This document shows positions 29,657 to 39,452 of a stretch of 43,068 bases of DNA, one piece after another; the stretch's first letter is position 1; each line of letters opens with the position of its first letter. Position numbers and translations under genes: made by a program. This DNA comes from Methanomicrobiales archaeon. GTDB taxonomy: Archaea > Halobacteriota > Methanomicrobia > Methanomicrobiales > Methanoculleaceae. The DNA lies in NCBI GenBank assembly GCA_012521035.1, contig JAAYND010000135.1, forward strand, positions 1-43,068, given 5' to 3'. The notes under the pieces were generated by a model that worked only from the letters and a program-made list of their open reading frames with translations, was not told where the DNA came from and searched no databases.

Positions 29657-31153
29657 ATGTGTGCCCGTTTTTTGGAGCGCTTTTTCAAACCTACACCCCA
29701 CGTTGTCGAAAGCCCGCCTCCGCCATCGATCTCACACGGACCGGGCCCGGGTGTTCCCGAGTACCGGGTGAAGCCTTATTTTATCGTGGCGTCTGTTGAG
29801 ATGGGCAATACCACAACGAAATGTATCCTGACCGGCACAAGCCTTGAGACGGGTAGATCCTACGTCATCAACAAGACCGTGTCCATGAGTCGCGACGTCC
29901 GGCCGCCAAAACCTGGAGAGACGGTCTTTGGGGAGACCCTTGATGGAACCCAGCTTACGCGCGAGTCGGTCACCGACCTTGTGCGCGATACCCTGATCCG
30001 GAGTCACGATGCGGTCCACCTGAGCATCAAGGATGACCTCGACTTCGTTGTCAGGAGTACGGGCGTCGTTGCAGCTATGGACTCCCCCGACCAGGTCGGA
30101 GACTTCGTCATCGCCCTTGCAAACGGTTGCCTCGCTGCCGGCGTCCCGCCAAGGAAGATGACGCCGCCGATGTCGATCGACAACCTCCCGTCAAAACTCC
30201 GGCAGTTCTCATTCGCCGATAAGGTGGTCTTTGTCGGCGCAGTGGCCGGTGTCGTGCCGCCGGTCGGGAGTACGGGTGTCGAGATGGTGGCAAACGAGAT
30301 GGAGGGAGAACTCGCGATGGCAGGCGTCAAGGAGGGCGCCAAATGGACGCCTGTCGACTTCCGAAACCCCTGCATATCCATCGACTTCGGTACCACGCTC
30401 GCCGGTCGGATCACGAGCGACGTCGCCCGTGACGATCCGAATCCCTTTGCCCGGACGATCGGGAACTTCTGTGGGATCGCGGGCGCCATACCCGATGCCA
30501 TCGTTCAGGGCACCGGGCTTGTGAAGGGGAATAAGGGGACAGCCCTCGACCTCTTTGGCGACCACAGTATCCAGAGCCCATTCGGGGGGAGGAAGCGCTC
30601 CGCTGTCGATGAGTATGTTGAGCGGTGCCATGAGCATATCGATATCAGGATCGTCCCCTCCGACCGGACGCGGTTCGGGCGGGTCCCGGTCTGCGCGGAT
30701 ATAGCTGCTGAGTCAGGCATCGCCCTTATCGGGTGCGATTGTGGTGTCAACGGTAGCGATACACCGATCCTCGGGGAGATCGGGCACGAGATCTACGAGA
30801 AGCATGGGATGGGTATGCTGACCGAGGTCATCGACCGGGTCTGCGCAAAGATGGCACTCCGGCTCATCGATGTCACCATCGAGAGCGGGATGGTTCCGCC
30901 GAACTCGTCGATCGGGTTCACCGGCCGGGCGGCGATATCGGGGAGGAAACCTGAGTATATCCTTGCAGGTGTTGCCGAACGGAACCTCTACGATAAACCA
31001 AATGACCACCTGGTCTTTGTGGACGACGGTCTGGCCCGGGGGGCGGCCCTGATGGGCCGGTGCATGAACTCTCTTGGAAAGCCAAAAGCCCCGCTCGGCG
31101 GGGTGCGGGATGGGGCATGTATTATGTCTCGCCGGATCAAAATAGGAAAGTAG
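29657..31153 (+). CDS. Methanogenesis marker protein 14
   Basis: 'YFIVASVEMGNTTTKCIL', 'FVVRSTGV', 'NEMEGEL', 'DFGTTLAG' and 'DDGLARGAA.M.RCMNSLG' motifs. True start taken at MCARF. Confidence 0.88.
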   Translation: MCARFLERFFKPTPHVVESPPPPSISHGPGPGVPEYRVKPYFIVASVEMGNTTTKCILTGTSLETGRSYVINKTVSMSRDVRPPKPGETVFGETLDGTQLTRESVTDLVRDTLIRSHDAVHLSIKDDLDFVVRSTGVVAAMDSPDQVGDFVIALANGCLAAGVPPRKMTPPMSIDNLPSKLRQFSFADKVVFVGAVAGVVPPVGSTGVEMVANEMEGELAMAGVKEGAKWTPVDFRNPCISIDFGTTLAGRITSDVARDDPNPFARTIGNFCGIAGAIPDAIVQGTGLVKGNKGTALDLFGDHSIQSPFGGRKRSAVDEYVERCHEHIDIRIVPSDRTRFGRVPVCADIAAESGIALIGCDCGVNGSDTPILGEIGHEIYEKHGMGMLTEVIDRVCAKMALRLIDVTIESGMVPPNSSIGFTGRAAISGRKPEYILAGVAERNLYDKPNDHLVFVDDGLARGAALMGRCMNSLGKPKAPLGGVRDGACIMSRRIKIGK

Positions 31154-31164
31154 GATCTGATACG

Positions 31165-31398
31165 ATGGCTGAAGAAGAACTGTTTGATCTGCTCGTCCCC
31201 CCCGGCGTACCCAGGAAGATGCTCTATGATGTCGTAGAAAAATACGACGTGGAAGTGGTACGGCGGCCGCAGAAACTCTCGTTTGCAAACATGGACGGGG
31301 ATACGAGGGAGCTGCTGGCATTCCGCGGCAGGCGGGAGGTCGTCGAAGAGGTACAGGAATACCTCTTCTCACAACTCAAGGAATTTGTCAGCGAATAA
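31165..31398 (+). CDS. Small conserved methanogen hypothetical protein (77 aa)
   Basis: MAEEELFDLLVPPGVPR...LLAFRG; begins 11 nt after the marker 14 stop and is followed by a T-tract. Confidence 0.75.
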   Translation: MAEEELFDLLVPPGVPRKMLYDVVEKYDVEVVRRPQKLSFANMDGDTRELLAFRGRREVVEEVQEYLFSQLKEFVSE

Positions 31399-31522
31399 CA
31401 CCTTTTTTCAAACATCCGACCTGAAGGGCCGGGCCAGAACTTCTGTCAGGAGACGCCAGGCGCCATCTCGTACGCCCGAACCCTGCGCCCCGGACTAAAA
31501 AAAGTGATTCCCTCTGTCCCAC

Positions 31523-32449
31523 TCAAGGGATAGGTATATCGCCGGCGATCATCCGCACGAGGAGTGCCTTCTGTGCGTGGAGCCGGTTCTCGGCCTGATC
31601 CCAGACGATGCTCTGTGGTCCTTCCATCACCTCATCGGTGATCTCCTCCCCCCGGTGGGCGGGGAGGCAGTGCATAACGAGGGCGCCGGGTGGTGCCTGC
31701 GCGAGGAGGCGTGTATCTATGGTGTAGTGCCTGAGAGCCTTCAGGCGCTCGGCACGCTCCTCTTCGTCGCCCATGGATACCCAGATATCGGTGTAGAGGA
31801 TATCGGCATCCCTGACCGCTTCTTCCGGGTCTGTGACGACCCTGGCCCTGCCGCCCGCAGCCCGTGCCTGATCGATAAGTCTCCCATCTGGCTGGTAGCC
31901 CGGAGGACTTGCAATCACGATCTCCATGCCGGTCAGGGATGAGGAGAGTATCCACGAGTTGCAGACGTTGTTGCCGTCCCCGACCCATGCGAGCCTCAGG
32001 TCACGGAGATCGCCAAACCGCTCGGTGAGGGTCATGATATCGGCCAGAACCTGGCAGGGATGCTGTGCATCAGATAGGCCATTGATGACCGGGACGGTCG
32101 AGTAGCGGGCGAACTCCTCGACGTTGGCGTGCCGGTATGCCCGGATCATCACCGCATCGACGTAGCGGGCAAGCGCCCGTGCTGTATCCCTGACCTCCTC
32201 CCCCCGCCCGAGCTGCAGATCCTGGGGGTTTAAGAAGAGCGCATGACCGCCGAGATCGGTCATCCCCACCTCAAACGAGACCCGGGTGCGGGTGGATGCC
32301 TTCTCAAAGATCATCGCAAGGCTCTTTCCTCTGAGGAGCTCATGTGCGGTTCCGGCAGACTTCAGGTGTTTGAGGCGCACCGCATCGGCTATGATACTCT
32401 CAAGTTCATGCTCATCAATATCGGTGAATGCGAGAAAATCTTTCTTCAT
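31523..32449 (-). CDS. argF: Ornithine carbamoyltransferase
   Basis: [21 protein letters not shown] and HCLP motifs. Confidence 0.97.
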   Translation of the reverse strand: MKKDFLAFTDIDEHELESIIADAVRLKHLKSAGTAHELLRGKSLAMIFEKASTRTRVSFEVGMTDLGGHALFLNPQDLQLGRGEEVRDTARALARYVDAVMIRAYRHANVEEFARYSTVPVINGLSDAQHPCQVLADIMTLTERFGDLRDLRLAWVGDGNNVCNSWILSSSLTGMEIVIASPPGYQPDGRLIDQARAAGGRARVVTDPEEAVRDADILYTDIWVSMGDEEERAERLKALRHYTIDTRLLAQAPPGALVMHCLPAHRGEEITDEVMEGPQSIVWDQAENRLHAQKALLVRMIAGDIPIP

Positions 32450-33738
32450 GCGATCTCCTTCATGTGCAGGCATCGTTTTTCGAGGGTATCCCTGGTGCCG
32501 ATATCCCTGCGATAAAAGACACGCCCGGAGACTGAGGATGCCGCCTTCTCGGCGATGGCCTCAGCCTCATCAAGGGTCGCGCCTCTCCCGACGAATGCAA
32601 GCGCCCGCGATGTGAGGGTATAAAGTGCTCCATCCTGCTCTTTGACGTTTGCGTAGTAAAGGAGGGCACTGCCATAATCCCCGATGGTGAGAGGCTGATT
32701 CGCCACCGGAGCATCAGGATACCCCTCGGGAACGAGGTACTTGCAGACTGTCGCTTCATTGACGAATCTGACGTCTGATGATGCGAGATCTCCCTGTATG
32801 ACATGGGTGATGATCTCCGAGAAGTCCGACTCCAGGAGTGAGAGCACATTCATGGCCTCCGGATCCCCGAAGCGTGCGTTGAACTCGATGACTTTTGGCC
32901 CTTCGCGCGTATTCATGAACTGACCGTAGAGGATCCCCCGGTACGGTGTTCCTTCTTCGCGCATGGCCGCAACCGTCTCCTCCATAATCCTGAGCGCTTC
33001 TCTGTAGTCAGATCGGGAGACGAAGGGGAGCATATGGTCGGCCATGGAGTACGAGCCCATCCCGCCGGTGTTCGGCCCGACATCCCCCTCATACGCGCGT
33101 TTATGGTCCTGGACGAGCGGCATGGGCACCAGGTGGTTGCCATCGACGAACGCCTGGAGGGTGAACTCCTCCCCGATCAACCGCTCCTCAAGGACAACAT
33201 CTCCGCCGATCTGCTCGATATACTCGATCGCTCCTGCTGCATCGACGTGCTCGCCCATGATCCGCACACCTTTTCCACCGGTGAGCCCGATGGGCTTGAT
33301 TGCAAGATCTCCGCCGTAGTCCTCAATGAACTGCCGCGCCTCCCCGGGGTCATGGCAGACACGATACTCCGGACAACCTGCGATATTGTGCCGCTCCATC
33401 AACCGGCGGCAGAACGCCTTATCTGTCTCGATCCGGGCTGCCGCACGCCCCGGCCCCATGCAGGGTATCCCTGCTGCCTCGAGATGATCGACGATACCGA
33501 CCTCAAGAGGCGCCTCCGGTCCGATGACGGCAGCGTCGAGCCTGTTCTCGGTGGCAAATCTCACAATCTCCGGGATACTGGTGATCTTCTCGAGGAGCAC
33601 CCGTTCTGAGACCTGTGCTATCCCGGGGTTTCTTCGTGCCATAACAGAAAATATCTTCACGCCACTGTTGCAGGAAAGCGCTCTGGTGATCGCATGCTCC
33701 CTGCCACCACCACCTACAACGAGAACTTTCATATCCAT
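32446..33738 (-). CDS. purD: Phosphoribosylamine--glycine ligase
   Basis: [31 protein letters not shown] and [10 protein letters not shown] motifs. Confidence 0.97.
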   Translation of the reverse strand: MDMKVLVVGGGGREHAITRALSCNSGVKIFSVMARRNPGIAQVSERVLLEKITSIPEIVRFATENRLDAAVIGPEAPLEVGIVDHLEAAGIPCMGPGRAAARIETDKAFCRRLMERHNIAGCPEYRVCHDPGEARQFIEDYGGDLAIKPIGLTGGKGVRIMGEHVDAAGAIEYIEQIGGDVVLEERLIGEEFTLQAFVDGNHLVPMPLVQDHKRAYEGDVGPNTGGMGSYSMADHMLPFVSRSDYREALRIMEETVAAMREEGTPYRGILYGQFMNTREGPKVIEFNARFGDPEAMNVLSLLESDFSEIITHVIQGDLASSDVRFVNEATVCKYLVPEGYPDAPVANQPLTIGDYGSALLYYANVKEQDGALYTLTSRALAFVGRGATLDEAEAIAEKAASSVSGRVFYRRDIGTRDTLEKRCLHMKEIA

Positions 33739-33763
33739 CTATTCGCCCGCTTCTAAAAAATGC

Positions 33764-34276
33764 TTATCCGTTCAGTAGCTCACCGACCCGCACAAGCGCC
33801 GAGAGGGATGCGCCTTTCTTCGCCAGTGCATCGCCTGCGCCCACTTCCCGGTCTACGACGGTCACCACCCGGTCGACACGCGCGCCCGCTGCGCGCAGGG
33901 CATCAAGGCCGTAGAGAGCGCTTCCCCCGGACGTGGTCACATCCTCGACCAGGAGTACATCCCTGCCGTTCACATCACCGATGATCGTTCCGGCTTTGCC
34001 GTGATCTTTCTCCTCTTTTCGGACGATCGCGTACGGCCTCTCGCTTGCAAGCGAGACGGCGACGGCGATCGGTACGGCACCGACCGCCACCCCGGCTACC
34101 ACCTCAAACTCCCACGTCCCGGCAATGGCCTTACCTATCGCCGCAAGGACGACGGGATTTGTGGTTGCAGCCTTGATATCGATGTAGTAGGTGCTCCGTG
34201 CTCCCGATGCGAGGAGGAAATCTCCAAACTCGATGGCCCCGCTCTCAAGTAACAATGTTGCGATTGGATTTACCAT
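33764..34276 (-). CDS. pyrE: Orotate phosphoribosyltransferase
   Basis: FGDF.LASG..S.YYID, RKEEKDHG and the PRPP loop VEDVTTSGGS. Confidence 0.96.
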   Translation of the reverse strand: MVNPIATLLLESGAIEFGDFLLASGARSTYYIDIKAATTNPVVLAAIGKAIAGTWEFEVVAGVAVGAVPIAVAVSLASERPYAIVRKEEKDHGKAGTIIGDVNGRDVLLVEDVTTSGGSALYGLDALRAAGARVDRVVTVVDREVGAGDALAKKGASLSALVRVGELLNG

Positions 34277-34833
34277 GGTACTTCTTTTACTCCGATGTAA
34301 TAGCCTATAATGTTCACCACTCTATGGAGGAGTGGTGTGATGATGACGATCCAGGCCGCTATGGGTAAGGTAATATTCTCAAACAACCACCCGGGGCAGG
34401 CCAGGAGGATGAGAAGAAAAGAACCTATAACCAGATCATACTGGTCAGCCAGGGGCCAGGATTCGCCTCGCTCTTTACCAAGCCTTCGCTTCAAGAAGCT
34501 CTTCGCGAGGTCGCCCAGGAGCGCGCCTGTTGCAAGCAGTATAACAGAGAGGACCGTATGCCGGGGGAGCGCGGTCAGGCCGAATGAGGATCGGACAGAG
34601 ATCTCGATAAGACCCACAAGCACTCCGCAGAGCACGCCACCAAAAAACCCCCGGTATGTCTTGCCGTCGCCAAAGATCCTTCTACCGTCACTCCATTCCC
34701 TCCCCAGGTCGATGGGCGTTCCGCCACCGAGGGCAGCAGCTGCTGAATTCGGCACGTATGCCGGGATCATGATCCACAGTGCTGCAAGCAGGGAAAAGAT
34801 CCAGTGCCCTATGACTGTATTCTCAGGCGTCAA
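34270..34833 (-). CDS. carS: CDP-archaeol synthase (DUF46)
   Basis: PAYVPN.AA...GGG.PID.G, GDGKT.RG, GD...SFLKRRLG..RG and DQYD motifs. Exact start is uncertain. Confidence 0.9.
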   Translation of the reverse strand: MTPENTVIGHWIFSLLAALWIMIPAYVPNSAAAALGGGTPIDLGREWSDGRRIFGDGKTYRGFFGGVLCGVLVGLIEISVRSSFGLTALPRHTVLSVILLATGALLGDLAKSFLKRRLGKERGESWPLADQYDLVIGSFLLILLACPGWLFENITLPIAAWIVIITPLLHRVVNIIGYYIGVKEVPW

Positions 34834-34913
34834 TATTCAGTACAATCAGTAATTATAAAGATTAAAGTGTCGAAATATGGAATGCGAAAAAAATGATGGG
34901 CTTGGGTGAATGA

Positions 34914-36383
34914 ATGCTGATAAAGAAGACAAAGAGCCTCTGTCCTGTGTGCGGTATCGTGCTTGATGCCGATATCGTCGAGGAGGAGGGGAAGGTCTGG
35001 GTGGTCCGCACCTGCCCGGAACACGGCACGTACCGCGCCCTATATTGGTCGGACGCAGATATGTACCGGAGGTTTGATGCCTACGAGTGCATCGGAAATG
35101 GGATCTCAAATCCCCATACGACTGTTTCACCGGCCGGATGCCCGAACGATTGCGGCATCTGTCCGAATCACCGGTCAATGACGTTGCTTGCCAATATCGA
35201 CCTGACGAACCGGTGTAACCTTAACTGCGACTTCTGTTTTGCGAATGCACAGGCATGTGGCTACGTCTATGAACCTACTTTTGATCAGGTTGTCGATATG
35301 ATGCGCATGTTGCGCGCAGAAAGACCTGTGCCGGTCCTCGCTGTCCAGTTCTCTGGCGGTGAACCGACGATGCGCGATGATCTCCCCGAAATTATCAGGA
35401 AAGCAAAAGAGCTCGGGCTCTATCAGGTGCAGGTTGCAACGAACGGCCTTCGAATTGCGCAGGATCCTGATTATATCGTCGAACTGAAAGAGGCTGGCTT
35501 ATCTACAGTCTACCTGCACTTTGATGGGGTTACACGGGAGACCAACTCGAAGATTGCAAGCGACCGGCGGGCCATTGCAAACTGTGAGAAGATCGGCATG
35601 GGAGTGATCCTGGTGCCTACGGTCATCAACGGTAGGAACGACCACGAAGTGGGTGCCATCATCAAGTATGCCGCAGAACACATCGAGACCATCAGGGGCG
35701 TCAACTTCCAGCCGGTTGCGTTCACCGGGGCGGCAAGCGAGGATGATGTCCGGAAAGAGCGCATTACCATACCAGGACTTGCGGATCGGATCGAGGAGCA
35801 GACGGACGGTATAATCAAGAAAGATTATTTCTACCCGGTGCCCTGTGTTGTCCCGATATCGAGACTGGTTGAGGCGTATACCGGCAAACCTCAGGTTATG
35901 TTTACCACGCACCAGCACTGCGGCGCAGCGACCTACGTCTTTGTCACTGACGAGGGGATGGTTCCGATCAACAGGATGCTGGATATCGACGCATTCTTTG
36001 AATCTGTCGATAAGATGGCGACTAAATTCTCGAAAGGCGGATCGATCAACAAATACATGACTCTCGTCGAGGGTGTTAAGGATCTCTACGTCTCCACAAG
36101 GAATGCAGAGCAGAAGAATACAGGGGAGTTCCTGAAACTGATCGGTAAAACTCTCCTGTCGCAGGACTTCGAAGCACTGCGGGAGTTCCACTGGAACGCT
36201 CTCTTCATCGGCACGATGCATTTCATGGACTGTCATAACTACGACCTTTCGCGTGTGCAACGGTGCTGTATTCACTATGCGACCCCCGATGGCCGCCTGA
36301 TCCCGTTCTGTACCTACAACAGCGGTCCGGTCTACCGGGAGAAAGTCTGGAAAGCCTTCGCCCGGCCTCAGGAAGAGGAGTGA
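34914..36383 (+). CDS. tes: Tetraether lipid synthase (MJ0619/GDGT-MAS-like radical SAM)
   Basis: N-terminal SLCPVC...CPEHG, CPNDCGICPNH, TNRCNLNCDFCFA, FSGGEP and C-terminal RCCIHY...IPFC.YN. Confidence 0.88.
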   Translation: MLIKKTKSLCPVCGIVLDADIVEEEGKVWVVRTCPEHGTYRALYWSDADMYRRFDAYECIGNGISNPHTTVSPAGCPNDCGICPNHRSMTLLANIDLTNRCNLNCDFCFANAQACGYVYEPTFDQVVDMMRMLRAERPVPVLAVQFSGGEPTMRDDLPEIIRKAKELGLYQVQVATNGLRIAQDPDYIVELKEAGLSTVYLHFDGVTRETNSKIASDRRAIANCEKIGMGVILVPTVINGRNDHEVGAIIKYAAEHIETIRGVNFQPVAFTGAASEDDVRKERITIPGLADRIEEQTDGIIKKDYFYPVPCVVPISRLVEAYTGKPQVMFTTHQHCGAATYVFVTDEGMVPINRMLDIDAFFESVDKMATKFSKGGSINKYMTLVEGVKDLYVSTRNAEQKNTGEFLKLIGKTLLSQDFEALREFHWNALFIGTMHFMDCHNYDLSRVQRCCIHYATPDGRLIPFCTYNSGPVYREKVWKAFARPQEEE

Positions 36384-36424
36384 CAGATCCTCACACACCG
36401 GGGCAGGATCCTGCGACCCCCCCC

Positions 36425-36434
36425 GTTCTTTTTT
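36425..36434 (+). terminator. T-tract terminator after tes
   Basis: GTTCTTTTTT about 45 nt after the stop; archaeal oligo-T terminator pattern. Confidence 0.45.
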
Positions 36435-37850
36435 CCGTCCCATCGAGTCGGAGATATTCTTGACTGGCGTTAGCGCTGCGATCGTCAGGCGACCAGGTCT
36501 TCGGTCTGTCGCCTGACCCCTATGAGACCGGGGTGCGAGGTATTTTGCCGCCCCGGTACGCATCACCGTAAGTTCGGTGGCGTTGATGACCGCTTCCGGC
36601 GCGCCTGCCTCCACACCGATGAACGCGGTGAGCAGCATGACGGTAAGAAGACACGGGCGCGGTTATGCAGGGTGACGTTGACGATCCTGACTCCCTGCAA
36701 GCCCGGGTTTCGGAAGGTATGCCGGCATTGTCCGGAAGTCGCCCTCCGAACGAGCGCCGCGTAGATCTCTGGCGGTATCTGGCAGTCTCCTCTTCCGTGC
36801 TGCGCAGACACCGCCTCGATAACCCTGCTTCCCTCAGGGTAAGGCGGGTATCCAGGATGGACCGGATGATACATCATGCGCCGGCTACCCTGTGATTGCC
36901 CGAACGGAGCGTGTGTGGCCATCTCTCTGGCGGCATCTGGTATGCACGACCCCTCCCCGGTTCACCAGAGGATTGACCTGGTGATGAGAGAGGTGCCGGA
37001 TGGCAAACTTCCTGGCTGTCAGTGGGTGGCCGGCTTTAAAGCGTTAGAACGCGGATCGCTCTGCCCGGTCGGGGAGGGGCGACCCTTTGAGAGCAGCAGA
37101 AAGCCGCCATTGCCGCAGGTATGGTCTGTGATGCATTCCGGGTTTCGGGTGCACGGGCTGGGCGGCGCGCAGACGACCCGTGAAGTACTTTTCCTGGCGC
37201 ACATAAACGGATATTTCCGCAGTGATCGATAGATATTGAATTATATTTCCTTTCCTCCCCGACACATCCTCAATTTATTTCGGAATGTTTATCTGGACTA
37301 TGGCTGACCTCTCCTCAGGGTGAATGTCCGGCGTGCGCGGCCGACCGGGTATGGACGGAGACCAGGAGCCCCCGGACAGATCAGGAGCGTAGAATGAGCG
37401 ATGTAAAGATTCTCTTTTCCAGCCGCGAAATCCGGTACTCCATCCAGGCAGCGGAGAATGCAGCTCCTATTCCCGGGAGGGAGGAACCAGATATCGGTGA
37501 TGCTGGCATCGCTATGGGAGAGAGAACCCCTCACACGACCACTCCTCCTCCACCGGTGAGGGGATTGATCGTCCGATCACTGGAGATCCCCGATCGGGGT
37601 TCGACCCCGCCTGCACCAGAAAACCCGGATACGGGATCGCCGACCGCCGACCTCCCATATCCCCTCCGCGAGAGATCGGGCCAGATCCGGAGCAGTATAT
37701 ACAGGAAAGACCCGTTATGGGGAGCAGAACAGGGGCATATCTCCGGGTGGAACGCGGCCCGGGGTCAGCAGGGGTACGGGATGCTGTATTAGGTCCCGAC
37801 AATCTGCTTCTGAGGCGAAGGCACGACCATCGACGCCTCCTCTAACCAGT

Positions 37851-38360
37851 ATTGTCCGGGATGAGCGCGCGCTTTCACATACGCACGCCACCCTCCTGAT
37901 GGTCGCCCTCACCATCATCCTCGCCGCTCTCGTTCTGCTGATGGTGCTCGGGATGATCCCCACCTGGTCGTGGGCGGAGCCTGCACAACCGCCGATCATC
38001 ATCACCGGTATCCTCCACACCAGCACCGAGACCGGGGAGTTGACGTATGCAAGCCGGATCTTTCTCCTCAACAACGGCAGCACGGCATACAAGAACGATG
38101 ACCTGAAGGCAACCGTGTACAGGAACGACCAGCTGGTCGTCACCGTCGAGACCCTGAACGGCTATTACCTCATCTCGTCGCACCATTATGGGGTGCGGTA
38201 TATCCAGGGGCCAGGATGCTGTGACGACTACTGGAACCCCGGCGAGGAGATAGAGGTAGATCTCTCTGATAGAACTTTCAGCCCGGGCGAAAAGATTGCT
38301 GTGAAGATCATCGATAAAGAGACCCGGAAAGTGATCTCAGAGGATGCGACTGTAGCATGA
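37851..38360 (+). CDS. Archaeal type IV pilin-like protein (class III signal peptide, DUF1628-like)
   Basis: In frame upstream of the track ATG (37899) lies VRDERA|LSHTHATLLMVALTIILAALV, a PibD-type cleavage site followed by a hydrophobic helix. C-terminal 'W.PGE' and 'V.VKIID..T.KVIS'. The apparent start codon is ATT at 37851. Confidence 0.75.
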   Translation: MVRDERALSHTHATLLMVALTIILAALVLLMVLGMIPTWSWAEPAQPPIIITGILHTSTETGELTYASRIFLLNNGSTAYKNDDLKATVYRNDQLVVTVETLNGYYLISSHHYGVRYIQGPGCCDDYWNPGEEIEVDLSDRTFSPGEKIAVKIIDKETRKVISEDATVA

Positions 38361-38412
38361 GGAGACTGTCTCATAGACCATATATTTCTGTTAGAACACC
38401 TCTAAGTTCTCT

Positions 38413-38871
38413 ATGTTCAAAACGGTACTTGTAGCGGTGGATGGGTCTGAGATCGGTCACCGGGCGCTTGAAGAGGCACTGGATCTCGCCAGCGCCATGC
38501 AGGCTTCCGCGCATGCCGTGCATGTCGTCCAGACCGGCGTATACCCGACAATGATACTCAATAATCTCGAGCCCCCTGACATCGCCCAGCAGGCGGTTCT
38601 CGATTCACTCGAGCGCGAGGCCGACGAGATCCTTGCTGATACCGAGCGCCGGGCTGCCGCCACCGGCCTCACGATAACCCCACACAAGCGCCGGGGTCAC
38701 CCCGGGGCGGAGATCATCGCACTGGCGCAGGAACTCGGCGCCGACCTGACTGTTGTCGGATCGCACGGCAGGGGCCGGCTCGACCGCTTCTTCCTCGGGA
38801 GCGTCAGTTCCTATGTCGTCGATCACGCGATATCGACAGTCATGGTTGTCAGGGCAACCCTGACCGAATGA
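38413..38871 (+). CDS. Universal stress protein (UspA family)
   Basis: 'FKTVLVAVDGS', 'G.PG.EII' and 'VVGSHGRG....FLGSVS..V' motifs. Confidence 0.93.
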   Translation: MFKTVLVAVDGSEIGHRALEEALDLASAMQASAHAVHVVQTGVYPTMILNNLEPPDIAQQAVLDSLEREADEILADTERRAAATGLTITPHKRRGHPGAEIIALAQELGADLTVVGSHGRGRLDRFFLGSVSSYVVDHAISTVMVVRATLTE

Positions 38872-39412
38872 GTCCACGAGCAATGAGACGGGCCACCCTG
38901 ACGGGTTCGGGCACCCGGCCTTCGTACGTGACGTCGTTACAGAGCCTCCTGGCATCTTCAGGGGGGATGCCATAGGGGCGGATGAAGAGGTCGTATCCTG
39001 TGTGGAGCCGTATGGAAATCCGGTCACCGAGCCGCTGGTATGCCGCGAGTCTCCGGGTATCGCCGGGGAAGTGGCGGATTATATCCTCTGCGAGCCCCTC
39101 TGACTCCTCATAGGTGGTGACGATGACGGGAAGTCCGGTCGCATCCTGCACCACCACTGGATCGATGATGTTGTACCAGGCGATGACACTCCCGCTGATC
39201 ATCATGAGGTTGATGTCCCGGCGTCCGAGTCTATTAAAGAGCCTGATTATAGCATCGGTTGCATCCGACCCCCCGACCGTCACCCGGGCGAAAGCCACCC
39301 CATCGATCAGGAGATCCTTTCGCATAACAACACCGGCGATTGTGGACTCTTCCCGCCCCGAATAGCTCTCTGCGATGCCAAGGATGCGGAGCCCCGGTTT
39401 GGCTATGTGCAT
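38849..39412 (-). CDS. DUF99 family protein (endonuclease V-like / endonuclease dU)
   Basis: 'RILGIAES', 'VGG.DATD', 'G..IAWYNIID' and 'PEP.RVA' motifs. Confidence 0.85.
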   Translation of the reverse strand: MHIAKPGLRILGIAESYSGREESTIAGVVMRKDLLIDGVAFARVTVGGSDATDAIIRLFNRLGRRDINLMMISGSVIAWYNIIDPVVVQDATGLPVIVTTYEESEGLAEDIIRHFPGDTRRLAAYQRLGDRISIRLHTGYDLFIRPYGIPPEDARRLCNDVTYEGRVPEPVRVARLIARGLIRSGLP

Positions 39413-39452
39413 ACAAAGCCCTTATACCACCAGATCGAATAATAGTATACCG

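Noticed and set aside
36746-36940. CRISPR array
   Set aside because: Only two degenerate copies, with over 100 bp between them, and no cas genes.
36384-37850. RNase P RNA or SRP RNA in the gene-poor region
   Set aside because: I could not find the conserved GAGGAAAGUCC / ACAGAA..GGCUUA (RNase P) or helix-8 CAGG.CCGGAAGG.AGCAG (SRP) motifs on either strand.
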